Shown: positions 12,056 through 24,535 of the stretch, piece after piece
Layout: each line of letters opens with the position of its first letter
How positions within the stretch are numbered: the first letter of the stretch is position 1
Source of the DNA: Phoronis australis
Lineage: Eukaryota > Animalia > Phoronida
Assembly (NCBI GenBank): GCA_002633005.1
Contig: NMRA01000098.1
Span: forward strand, 793,042-857,041
Direction: 5' to 3'
DNA length: 64,000 nt
Program-made: the position numbers and the translations under genes
The notes under the pieces: model-generated
Database searches by the model: none
Seen by the model: only the letters and a program-made list of their open reading frames with translations
What the model was told of the DNA's origin: nothing

Positions 12056-12913
12056 TAGGCAATTACATTGCCTTGGATGCCTCAGGCATACAGGGGCGAT
12101 AGTACATCCCCGTAAAAAGTTGCGCATTTCAAATACAGCAAATAAAATCAAATGCACATGGAGTTATAATTAGCACATGCCATGACTTAGGCAACACATA
12201 GCCCCTGGGTTGGCCATTGAGGGGTCATACAATACTAACTTCCAGTCGCTTCTGTACGCATTCCATTACATGTATTTTAAACGGCCACCAATTCTGAGCT
12301 TTCACCTCGTCAAAAATACATTCCACTCTTAAAACTATCATTTAAAAAACCGCTTACGTTCATCATTTGTCCTTTCTACTTCTATACATATCTTCGATGA
12401 GGCTTAGTTGTGAGAATTAAGGTGACTTTGGTGAAGAATTCCAACTCCACTTTTTTGTTTGCCGTTAAATTTTTCACCACGTGCTCGATAACCACAAAGT
12501 ATGTCAACTGAGTCACGGGAGTTAGGCAAACAAAGGCTAGCGCGAGACTGAGCAAAGCGCATGACGCTAGCGCGTGACACTTACAAAATAGCATGATAAG
12601 GTATCAGCTTAAATTTGTAAGATTTGTGTCCCTTGGTCTTTTTATTCGTCAACATGCGTGATTTCTCGTAACTTCTTCAAAATGGCACCCGGTAAGAGAG
12701 AGTCAAGCAAACTGCGACAGATTTTCATCAATTTGTTCAAGTTTTGGTGACTGTATTGTTTCCAGGGTCATGGTATGTGTTAATTACAACTCCATGTTCC
12801 TATGTGTATGGTTCATTTGATTTTATTTGCTGTATTTTGAAATGAGTAACTTTTTGTGGGGATGTACTATCGCCCCTGTATGCCTGCGGCATCGAGGGTG
12901 ATGTAATTGCCTA
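12056..12913. mobile_element. Non-autonomous TIR element (TAG...CTA termini, Academ-like) in SUMO intron 1
   Basis: Roughly 100-130 bp inverted repeats starting taggcaattacat and ending atgtaattgccta. Flanks gcca/tcca may be a 4 bp TSD with one mismatch. Confidence 0.7.
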
Positions 12914-15799
12914 TCCATGATGCTGAATACAATTTAGTCAACATAACATATCCATGAAAATCTGTCGGCGATTCGCTTGAGTTTCTCTCACCGGGTGCCA
13001 TTTTGAGGAAGTTACGAGAAATCACGCCTTTTAACGAACAAGAAGTCCAAGGGACACAAAACTCACATATTCCACCTGATATCTTCCCATGCTATTTTCC
13101 AAGTGTCACGTGCCAGGTCACGCGGTTCGCTCAGTCTCGCTCTAGCCTTAGCCGAACTCACGTGACTCAGTTGAAATATTTTGTGGTTATCGCGTGCGCG
13201 GTGAAAAAGTTAACGGTGACCAAAAAGTGGAGTTGGAATTCTTCTCCAAAGTCACCTTAATTCTAGTAGATAGGCTTCATTGAAGATATGTGTAGAAGCA
13301 GAAAGGATCACTGAAGAAAGTAAGCTCATTTTTAAGTGATAGTTTTGAGTGTGGAGTGTATTTTTGATAAGATGAAAACTCCAAATCGGTGACCGGATAT
13401 GGCCTACGGCCCTTCTAAAATACACGGGACGAAATGCGTACAGAAAGCGATGGGAAGTATTGTAGCCCCTAACCAGCCAATGGAGGGGCTTCGTGTTGCC
13501 TATAATGTCCATGGAGCAGCTCAGGCGGTCTCCATATAGCATCCTGTTAAGTCGCTGATAAGAGGTCCTGTGATTTGTTCTCACATCATCCCTAATCAAG
13601 TTTTTTTATTCACGTAAAATGGTATGAATGTACCCGTTGCTAAGTAAATTAACATGAAAACTTAGCAGATTTTTTGTTGTCCTGTGCAGGAGTTGTCTTG
13701 GCAGGAGTTATCCTGAACTGACTGGAAAGCATTTACATTTCCTGGTTTTGCCTCTGTACAGGAGCCAAAGAGAAAACAGGTTGCTCTGGTATTGTTCTGA
13801 AGCCCCCTCGACTCCCACTCCCCATGACCCCCTCAAACCCCAGGGCCCACAACCCCTTTGTCCCACAACCTGTGGCAATAAAATGTATCTTTGCGCTCTG
13901 CTTCAAGTCTGATGGTTAAAACAGAAAGTGGCATAAGATCGTGATCTGAAGTTGCAAATTGTGAGCTTGCTATCATCACAGAAATACTTCCGTGAGCGGC
14001 TATCAATGCACTTGTTAGACTAAACTCAGGGAGAGAGTACGTTAACTTGAATGGTCATAATTTTTTCAAACTGTACTTACTGAAGAAATTACATATTCAT
14101 AAGTTCCTCGCATTCTCCCAAAAAAGCTTGAATCTGCCATTCATTGAAGAGTAGACGAGATGATTGCACTTTGCCGGGAACAACATTTGTAACATTGGTA
14201 CGTATTTGATTTGATTTGACCACTTTTTTTCTGGTTTTGGCTTTCAAACTTGCCGAATTGACTCTTAGTTGCCAAAAATCAGGGAAAAGTCTGCCCGACT
14301 TGTTGGTCCAGCAAGTCAGCACTTGGTCTATGTTCAGATCAGGTGGAGCTTGTCGAGGGGTTGTGGACAATGAGTTAAGGGGGTCATGGATCATGGTGGC
14401 CGAAGGGCTTTTAGAACAATCCGTTGCGCTGCTCTCTGAAAACTGGTTTCTAGCCATTGATTTTAGGTCCCAAAGACTTGAAGGCAAAGCACAATTAAAG
14501 GGTACTGGTGACATATAGCCTTGGTTCAAAGCTGTATACTAAATATACAGCTTTGCACCAATGTAGGTAAAAAAGCTGACCATATAGAATCTGACACAAA
14601 ATTAGTGCCATTTAAAACTACACTCTTCCTTGTGTAAACTAAATTCCTTACCGATGTTGGAAAAATTAGCATTCTATCGTTATACTGCTGATAAAAGTGT
14701 GGTGCAATGTTTTGTGTTGGCTTTCAGGCCATGAAATATTGCTTCACCTATTTACTTTTTTCTTCAACCAAATGTTGTTCTTTCAGGAGGTTGTGTACAC
14801 ATCAAATTATCAGAACTGGTTTTTAGAATTTTGATACCTGCAAACCGAATTTCAGAACAGATTTTGCTCTCAAAAATTTAGGAAGTGGTGCATGTACGTG
14901 TCATTGTGCGCACTGTTTTCAAAAGGACAACATACTTTTCTTTGTTGCAAAACAGAGAATTACGCAAAAAATAGGCTGTAACGGGCAAGGTGATTGTTCG
15001 GTTGACTCCCAGATTTTGCATGCACCGCCACTGGTCTTAAGTTTCACGGCGAGATGACAAGCAGAACAACCGGGGCTGTGGGGAATTTCGAGGTCTGTTG
15101 GAGCTCAACACACAGTGGTACCTAGCTGTAGTTTGATGATAGTCTTCATACAGCTAGTTGGCTGGCTAGGTGAAATGTAGGCAATGACCATCGCCTCTGT
15201 TGGCCCGACCAGAGGCGATGCAGCTCCTATAGACGCTCTGTACGCCGGAAGCTTTTCGGCGAATTATGCCTCACACCGACTAAACCATCAAAGTCACATT
15301 GTTATAAATACCTTTTGCGCATATAGGAACACCTTAGGAGGTTGTCGATGTGTTTAATTCCTTCCAACTCGAACAAATACTCCCGTTATGAAACTTTTTC
15401 TTCGCTTTTTCAACATTTTCATTTTTTTAAGCAGGCCAAAGGTCAGAAGTTGCGGTCCTACCGGCGAACTTTGAAAGCTGAAGTTCCTGCCCTTTGCGTA
15501 CGTGCTGCCGGGAACCAGCCGTGCATTTGCCTTGTTGTTAAACATTAAAATGTCAAATATGTGCACAAAGACTATTAAATGTCATATCAACAGCATTTAT
15601 TTTTATCAAATACAAACAATAATTCATTGAAATACAATCAGTTTCAAGTAACGCCAATTGAAGACAAGTATAGGTGGTGGCGTTTTGGAAACGAACATTT
15701 GACTGACAAGACCGCAATGGCTCACCTTTGGCCTATTTAAAGATTGAGGTCATGAAGTCACATCACCTAGCGCCCTGTGCGGTTATTACGGCGAATACA

Positions 15800-16490
15800 G
15801 TAATACAGGTCTCATTGATAGCTTTCAAAGCATGTATCAACTTTTGTTGTATCTTTTTATCTGACTGAGAAAATTGCCTTTAAAGGGGTGTGATGGACGT
15901 ACACAGAGAATTTGAATTTTTTTGCTTACCATCTTCAAAGGGAAGTCAGGGATATAGGGGGTTGTTTCATATCTTTAATCAAATGTACTGAAAAGTTAAA
16001 ATCCTAGAGTATATTCCTAGCATAGGCCTACCTGTGATGATTTCGTGCAAAGGTCAGTCGGTACATTTAAATTAAAAACACATTGAATTAGTATCAAAAG
16101 ACCAATATAGCTTAAATACTGTAAAGGTTTGAATCATTGTGAATTGATATCTTAGTCACAACAAACAATTTAATACTAGAAATTCAGAGCGTACGTACGT
16201 CCGTCACACTAACTCAACTGATATCGAGCTGTCTGACAAAAATTTCTTAGAAGATATCGTCAAAAAAATTTTTGTGTTGTACTTTGCAAACATTCCACTA
16301 GATCATCATATAAAACAAAAAATTGTAACTTAATGCAACTCACCGAAAATTAACGTAAAAAAAAATTTTTAAAAATTCAAATTCTCTGCGAATGCCCATT
16401 ACATCCCTTTAGAGGCAATTTTCTCAGTCAGATTAGAAGAGAGGGGAAAAGTTGATACAGGCTTTGAAAGCTATTACTGATACCTATTAA
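15800..16490. repeat. Fold-back element, about 130 bp imperfect inverted repeats
   Basis: gatagctttcaaagc..tgactgagaaaattgcc..agagaatttgaatttt at the left end is reverse-complemented at about 16365-16490. Confidence 0.6.
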
Positions 16491-18905
16491 TTGATGTATT
16501 AATCATTTTCCTAGCGTGAACATATTTTCACGATTGATCAAAATGTTCTCTGATCGTACGTCCGTCACAAATGGAATAATAAAGTAGGTAACAAGTAGCT
16601 GCAGCTCAAAAATACCTAGTATCAACTTTTTTAACATAAAACACAGCATAGCAGGTCTGAGCAGAAAGGACACGTTGATTCCCGCGCAACAGCAACTTGA
16701 CATGTATTCCTTTAGGTCTCTCGTTATTTATTCTCTAGAACACCTTAGGAATTCTGGTTTTGCACCTTGAATTTTCCGAAAGCTAAGCATTTGTTTACAA
16801 ACACGGGGCAGCAACAGAAAAACAATATGATCATTGAATTGACCTTTTGTTTTATTTACATTTTATAATGTGGTCCAAATTTTCTGATTTTATTAAACTG
16901 AATTTACTAAGAATAACTAGATGACATTGTGAACAATAACTTTTCTGCAAGTGCTTTTGAAATTGCAAAAGACCGATGCATTAAATTTAAATCTGTTGCA
17001 ACTTCTTTACTTAATATTAAAACTGTCTTTGTGATATATAATCATTCTAAGGTTCTTAGATGTAAGATTCATTTTGTCTTCTGCAAGTTTAGAAAGTAAA
17101 AATAGGACCTACAATTATTTTTATTGGCCGAAAAATTGTAATTTCATGGGTGTGACGGACATAAAAATTTGCCGTACGTCTGTCACGCAATTTCTGACTT
17201 ACCAAATAATCTCTGGGATCTAAAATTTTGGTCAAAAGTGTTGAGTAACAAGCTAAAAGAGAATCTGAAATTATTTTAATTTTGGATGAAAACTTAACGT
17301 AACTACACTTTTTATCACTTTTTGTGGCAGACGTACAGAACCATGATATACAGGAGTTGGCCTTTGACCCCAAGAGGTCAATGATGTGCCAAAGTTGAAA
17401 TGTTCTTTTTGTAAAGTTTGGGCTTCATGTGATTGCACAAATTTAATAATATAATGAAATTCCCATAATTGGCTTATTTATGACAATAACTAACAACACA
17501 CATGAAAATCGAGCTAATTTTTTAGGGTCAAGTGATCCCAAAAATGGGTCCATTTCAGCAAAAAATTGAAAGTTGTAAAACAATCAAATATGGATCCTGA
17601 AACTAGTGAGACTGAACTTTCAGATGAGACCAGAAATTATAGTCAAAATTTAATTTTTTGTCTCAAGGTTGACCTTTTCACGGAATAGTCCCTTGTTTTT
17701 CAGCCGACAAAACTTTATGTGGATTGGAATCCTCAGAATTCGTTTCGGCGCCTGAGATTTTCAGCTTTAGCAACCTCAGATTTTGTTATGGTCCCTCTGG
17801 ATTTTTGCCAGGTCACCAAATGCGACCTGCGTGGAACGCTGCAACCAACGTCCTGCCTTTTAGCTGTCGGGAGGTCTTTTAAAGTTTAAAGCAACTTTAA
17901 ATCCCTGGTTTTATACCATGACCTTAAATGAATTTGCACTGTAGTGTTGGCTATCATCAATTTAAACTCGAAAGCAACGTCTTGGGTAGGTGATGGTTTT
18001 GATTGTTGGTACCAGGAATAGATTTTCATTTTAGTTGTTTTCTGGCATGAATTTTCACATAGAAGGAAAAAGTGCTGCCGGTAACTTGTGTAGTAGCCAG
18101 CGTCACTCAATACTGCTCAAAGTGACCTTGGTAGGGAGTGAGGCAAAAAAGGCACCAGTTTTTGTCTCTTTTGGCGCATCTGTTTTAATCAAATTTTGCC
18201 GCTTTTTCAACCCGTGCCCCATTCTTTTTTTCTTGAAAGTTAGCCTGGGATTTTGACCAGTTCACAAATGACGACCTGTCGATTTTCAATGGCATCAAGG
18301 CTTATAATGGTCAAAAGCATGGTCCTTTATTTTGAATGCCCTCCAACAATTACCATGTCTATACTTGCTAATTTCTATTCAATCTCCATTAACCTAATGA
18401 ACAACTGGGAATAATACAACTGCGCTTGATGGAATCACTTTGCAATCGTGCTTGTCTTCAATTTTTCACAAAATTAATTTCTTCATTCACCCCGACACCC
18501 TTGGCGTAATCTGTGCTCTGTATTCAATGTTTTCCTAGAATATTTCAAGTGATTGGTATACAATACAGAAATATTACATTTGAAATTAAGCTTCAGGTTT
18601 TATTCTGTGCTGCATAATTGTCTGTTAGAAATTTGGCATAGAATGTACTCTCCTTATTGCTGTAATGATAAACAGCTAACTAAATGTCTCCTGGTAAGTA
18701 ATTTTTCTGATTTTTCACCATTTGCAAATTGTTTGCATTTAATGTTGAAAATCCCCGTGCATGTTCAAATCGCTGACCTCTTGCCTGCAGATTTGGACCA
18801 CTATTGGTATTTGTCAACATTAAATATCACTCTATTTGTGACTGACCTTTTTTGTAAGTTTTGGGATTGTGTGTAAATTGTAACTGTCTGTTCATTTTAT
18901 TACAG

Positions 18906-19031
18906 GAGAAGAGTGGTAGCTCTGAGCATGTCAGTGTCAAAGTGGTCGCACCGGACGGCAGCGCTGTGGTGTTTAAAATAAAAAAGACGACGCAACTAAA
19001 AAAATTAATGACCTCATATTGTGACAGAGCT
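18906..19031 (+). CDS. SUMO: SUMO exon 2 (EKSGSSEHVSVKVVAPDGSAVVFKIKKTTQLKKLMTSYCDRA)
   Basis: ttacAG acceptor and GTGAGT donor, phase 0. SUMO motif KV...DG..V.FKIK..T.L.KLM..YC.R. Confidence 0.92.
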
Positions 19032-19806
19032 GTGAGTGAGAACATATGCCACTAACTACTGCAGTGCTTCATCAGGGTTTGGCACACTCACCAAATGAAG
19101 AGAAGCAACCTTAATCTGTACACAACTAATGTCTCTCAATCTCCTATTAATCTTGTGTTTAATGTATTAAAGACCCATGCACCACTAATTAGCCTTGGGT
19201 CAAAGCAAAATTAGAATAAGTCATCGGCAGGTAATCTTGCCATTGAAGAAATCAATGAATGCTGTTTGGCCATAATTTATAGTATGTAATTAGAAATGCA
19301 TGTTTGTGGAATTCAAAAAAGATAAAGAATCTATGGCTCCCCTCAAAAACAAATCTAAAGAGTCCTTTTCAAAGATTGCGATGGGTGGACCTTGAAGGCT
19401 ATATTGAGTGCTGCTTTGGTTATATGACTATTACCTTGGGACATCCCATTTGACACTGAAAGGAATGTCGATTGGTGTAAATTAATTTTGCAGAAAAGTC
19501 AACATTGTTTTGTGAGGTGATATTGAGGTTGTAGGAGACCTTGTTTGTGTTATTTTTGGTTTAGTTAACTTTTTCATTCTTATTTCATCTTGCTTTAATG
19601 TTGGCCATTTTTGACCCACCGATACGGCGCTATCTACAACTGTGAAATCACTGTTTGGTCTCTTTATGACAGCCTCCAATTTGGATTTTGTGCCATGTTT
19701 TATTCACCGATTTGTCTATCATTTTCCTCTCCATCACGAGCCCGCCTCTCCATCACGAGCCCTCCTCTCCATCACAATACATCTTGATTTAGGCCAATTA
19801 ACATTA

Positions 19807-20644
19807 GGGCTGTTCCAGTAAAATCCGTGTGGGAGGGGGGGACAGCAGCAGAAATAAAAATTCATGAGTGGTGGTCTTCAGAAAAAAACTCAATTTATGG
19901 GTGGTCCTTCCTGTAAGAAGTGATGCATTAAAAATGGGTGGTATTTTTTGACCTGTTAATGTTGACAGGATGGTTACTTCAGCCAAACACATCTTCAAAG
20001 AAATCAAAACTCAAAAATATGCAATTGGCAAATATCCTAACTTATCCCAATACAAAAAAGCCCATATTGCCAGTGAACAAAGTGCAATATGTTCACTAAG
20101 CCATTAATCAAGTCATGGGCAACTTGATTTGAGCCAACTGCTTGTCTGCAGTCCTATTGAATTGAAAAGTTATGCAACACTAAACTGGTGTTAACACATA
20201 TAGGAAAATTGATGATTTTTAAATAAAAAGTATGAGGAGTAAGATAAACAAGTTCCGATATTCACTTGACATAGAAGTATAAAAGAGTTCGTGGAGACAG
20301 TTTGAGATTCATAGATCCTTATAATTGAAAAAATGTAAATTGAAATTATAGACACATGGTGAACAGAGACACCTGTTGGCTGCCAAAAGTATTGCTCACA
20401 GGCTACTTTAGTTTTTGACAATATTGGACAAGACAACTAGTTCTTGTCTGTCAATCATCTAAGTTCTTAACTGGTCCTCCTGGAGGCAATTTGTTTGCAA
20501 GTGTTCGATTTTATATTTTAACCTATTAAAAATAATTAAAAAATTATGGGTCATGGGTTGGAGAAATAAATGAAAAATATGGGTGGTGGGTACGAAATAA
20601 AAGTGCCTTCCCCCCCTCCCATACAGATTTTGCTGGAACAGCCC
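19807..20644. mobile_element. PIF/Harbinger-like MITE in SUMO intron 2
   Basis: TIRs gggctgttccagtaaaatccgtgtgggaggggg and cccctcccatacagattttgctggaacagccc, with a perfect TTA target duplication (19804-19806 and 20645-20647). Confidence 0.8.
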
Positions 20645-21638
20645 TTATGAAATGGATCTAAAATTGTTCTTTTTTCGAGTTAAAGGTGATTTGCAGGCTT
20701 GGAAAGAGCGGACAGTCTGTTATTGCTTTAGACCAGGTTGTGCAAGTTGCCTTGTCACAGCATGTCATTTTATGTACTACACATGCCAGTGAGAAATAAG
20801 GAACTGAGAATTATTTCAGGGCTTGTAATTTTCCTTTTTTAAGAGGGTTCCCACTTTAATATTTGCTTTCCAGTTTCCTCCGTTTCTGTTTTCTTTGCGT
20901 TTAAGTATTTAAAAAGTTTAGTTCAATTTTACAGCAGTATGTGTTCTGAATCAAAGATTTCGTTCTTTCATGGTGATGAAGATGATTGGTGAAGTTGATG
21001 GCTGAAGCCTTGTGGAAAATCCTAATATAGGGGCTGGCCTACAGATTGAAACAGTGACTAATTCTATGAGTTAGCAATCTCCATTGGTTCCTGAGAATCA
21101 CTGACAAAAAATAATAATGTCAGAAACATCCGTTGATTATTTTACTGTTCAAGTCCAGTTGGTAGCATAACCCAAATTCTTCACTGCATCAATATGGGGA
21201 CACACCGTCCACATAACAAGCATCTTGTGCACTTATTTGAGCTACAGGGCATTATTAACTGGAAACCTTCATGAGATTTATTCAATGAAAAAATAACTAC
21301 TCCAAAAAAAATTTCAGTTTTGGATAGAGTATGGTCGCCGAGTGGAATTTCATTTTCAAAACATTTCTCAATAACTTAATTGTTTAAATTGTCGCCAGTT
21401 AACATGGTTTGTGCAATAATGCTGTCACAAAAGAAAACAAACATTTAGAATGTTTGTTTGCTGCAGGGGAAAATTTTGAAAACAGAATTTTAAAGTTCGA
21501 TACCCTGGTTTTCCATGAAAACCCAAAAATGGACGGAATTCGCGCAAGTTGTAATGAATTCCAAGTTTGCTGTAAGTGATCGTTACGTATTGTCAATACG
21601 AGAAACATCTTTAATGTTTTAAAACATTTCTCTTGCAG

Positions 21639-21710
21639 GGTATAGAGAGGTCATCGGTGCGGTTTGTTTTTGATGGAAACACCATCTTAGGAGAAAATAC
21701 CCCACAGGAG
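21639..21710 (+). CDS. SUMO: SUMO exon 3 (GIERSSVRFVFDGNTILGENTPQE)
   Basis: ctcttgcAG acceptor and GTAAAT donor, 72 nt. RF.FDG..I....TP motif. Confidence 0.92.
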
Positions 21711-22878
21711 GTAAATTCTTAACAAAAAGTCTTGATTGAAGTAAGGCTAACTGGTGTTGAAAGATTCAAAAGCTGACTCTAGGACTATTGCTAATTCTTG
21801 TTTACATACTGATGATTTGGGAATTGGAGGTTCATTATAAGCCACCAAACATAACCAGGTCTGTTGTAAAATAGTTTGTATTAATTTAATATTAAGTTTA
21901 AGCTTTTGCACATGAAAGTTTCGACCTCAAGCCTTTTATGGATGGATAACATGAGCGAATTTGCGGGTGGATTTGACTTCAGGTTTCCCCCTAGTGGCAA
22001 TTTTATTTTTACGTTTACCTCTGTATCTTTAGAGGTCCTAAAGGGATTTTCATACAATTTAGCTAGTAGGCATCTATTACTGAGATGGCGCAACCCTCCT
22101 GGTTTCAGATGAATTCGAGATATTTTGTGCTACCTAGTGGCCATTTACAAGTCTGTTTTTTGGCGTCTACCCCTCTCTAAACCAAACCACCCTAAGGATG
22201 ACTGGAAACGAAATTGGCTGCAATTTCATTTTTCCCGTTTTTCTCGGTTGGTCTGAAGTTACTCGATGATGTTCCTTGAAATTTGGTAAATAGCTTTCTG
22301 TTGAAGAGACTTTGACATGTTCCCGTTTTCTGGATGGATTCGACATATTTTACGCCATCTAGTGGCCATTTGTGTTGTTTCCTGGGCCAAACCACTCTAA
22401 GGATGATTTTGAAAATTGGCGCTTATGTTTCTGCTGTGAAGAGGACAGCGGATGATGATTTTTGGACGACTGGCACTGCTGTGGCACCTCCTAGTGGCAA
22501 TTGTTTGCGTCTGGCTGTATCTCCCAAACCCTCTGCAGGATCTTTATTAAATTTGGCTACTGTATTTATATGAAATTGAAAACGGAGAATGACGACATTT
22601 GGGTGGATACGACTTGATGGACTTATTCTAATACTGCTGGCGCTCCTAATGGCAAGTTTGTTTTTTATGTCTGCCTTTGTATCTTTGGAATTCTTTTTGG
22701 ATTTTCATGGATTTTAGCAATTGTTTTGAGAGACAACACCTTCCCATATTTAGTTGGGTTCAATGTATTCTGTGCTATCTAATGGCCATTTTTATGATGC
22801 AAATAAACACCCCTAGAAGCACACTGTTGCAGTGCAGTTGTGGGGGCTTTACTATTCTCTACGTTGCTCTTGTTTCAG

Positions 22879-22947
22879 CTTGACATGCAAGATGAAGACA
22901 CTGTGGAGGTTTTCAATGCACAAACAGGAGGGCATTATGTGCTCTGA
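22879..22947 (+). CDS. SUMO: SUMO exon 4 (LDMQDEDTVEVFNAQTGGHYVL*)
   Basis: ttgtttcAG acceptor. L.M.DED...VF..QTGG diglycine followed by a 4-residue propeptide and TGA. Several AATAAA signals downstream (about 23332, 23649, 23868, 24189). Confidence 0.92.
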   Translation, partial: LDMQDEDTVEVFNAQTGGHYVL

Positions 22948-23047
22948 ATGAACGGACAGCTGTGCTAGTGACCGTGTCACTGAGAACAGTAAAACTGGGA
23001 TATTTTATTTGATCGCAGGCTAATGGAGAACAGGAGTGCTTCGTCAC

Positions 23048-23200
23048 GTGTGACGATTTGCGTGCACTGGTGTATGGCAAGTCGTTACAGAACAACCCTT
23101 GCGACGATTTGCGTGCACTGGTGTATGACAAGTTGTTACAGAACAGCACTTGTGATGATTTGCATGCACTGGTGTATGGCAAGTCGTTATAGAACAACAC
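23048..23200 (+). repeat. 51 bp tandem repeat x3 in the SUMO 3' UTR
   Basis: tgacgatttgcgtgcactggtgtatggcaagtcgttacagaac recurs at 23051, 23102 and 23153. Confidence 0.85.
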
Positions 23201-24535
23201 AGGCGATGCTTTTTTCATTATCAGAATGACTTCGCTTTTCCCGAGGCGTTTCGGAACTGTTTCAAGCTAGTGATGTTTGAAGACCCCTCATTCATTATGG
23301 CTCCACATAATGAACATATCTAATGGGTAATTAATAAACATGGCTGCTTGCATCTCCAAAAGGAGTGTTTTGCACACTGGTCATATTTGTTGGTGAGATG
23401 CATGTGACTGTCAAGTTGCCATTGCTGTATGGAAGTCTGCCACTGGTCATCCCCGTAGTTGTGGCATGGTTCTAACTAGAATCCACCAGAATTGTTTGAA
23501 GGTGCAATATGTTCTGAAGTCATCACCTGTCTACGTATTAAGAAAAGGAGTAGAACTGTTACCAACAGCTTGAAATGTGTTGTTTTTTTTTTTTTCGTAA
23601 AGTTAGTTCAGCCAGTGGATGTCTTCTACCATGGCATGCAAATCCGAAAATAAAATCGTTGCTTAATTCTGGATCCATTTTGCATTCTGTTTCTTGTTTT
23701 GTATTAAACTTGTGTACATTTCACTTTTACTAGAGTCAGTTACTGTTCTTGTCCATTGCTGTTGCAATTGGTTACTGAAATAGTTACGCAGGTGTGTACA
23801 CATGGTAAAATAACTGCTGATACTTAACTGTTTTGATACCAGGTTTTAGTTTCCATGTTGTCTAAAACAATAAAACACTTGTCATTTGCTATTGTAAACT
23901 GAAATACAAGCCCTGAATAGTTAACAGCTATGTACATGTACTTGTGGTATGTGCTTGTGGAATCCCTGGCTGAAAAAACCTAACCTTGGACCTTGATAGA
24001 TTTTGCTGCTATATATATACAGCACTCGTTGCTGCTCTGGTTTTTCTGAGGTACTTGATCTTATCAAGCATTGTTTTAACTCTGTGTTTGTGTTGAGCTC
24101 CTGTTCCCATATGTGGCCATCATGTTTTAGAGAATTGTTACACTGTGTATTTTTGTCATTCATCTTGTACATTTGTAGTTATAGTAAAAAATAAATTGTA
24201 AAATACTTTGATCAAGAATAGTGTTTTGAACTTTGATAAGATCATGATTTTTTTATCTTGGTCTCGGGAATAAGTAAACTGTAATGAAAAACTCTCAAAA
24301 GGATCTTGTCATGTTGATCCTTTTATTCATACTTTGTAACTTCAGAGTAACATGTTGATATATGCTTTATGTTGTGAGTTTGAATAGGTTTGAGTGCCAG
24401 TGGTTGCAGATCTGTAGAATATGGATACCATACTGTTTTCAGTATCTAATATTTCGTACATGTTCCTCAGGGTTCTTCACCTTCCAAATGGTACATAAAT
24501 GCCCCAGCCAAAGCAATCGGCTAAATCACAATCAA

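Noticed and set aside
14089-14529. 146 aa and 100 aa overlapping ORFs in SUMO intron 1
   Set aside because: Non-ATG starts, no recognisable motifs, and located among repeats.
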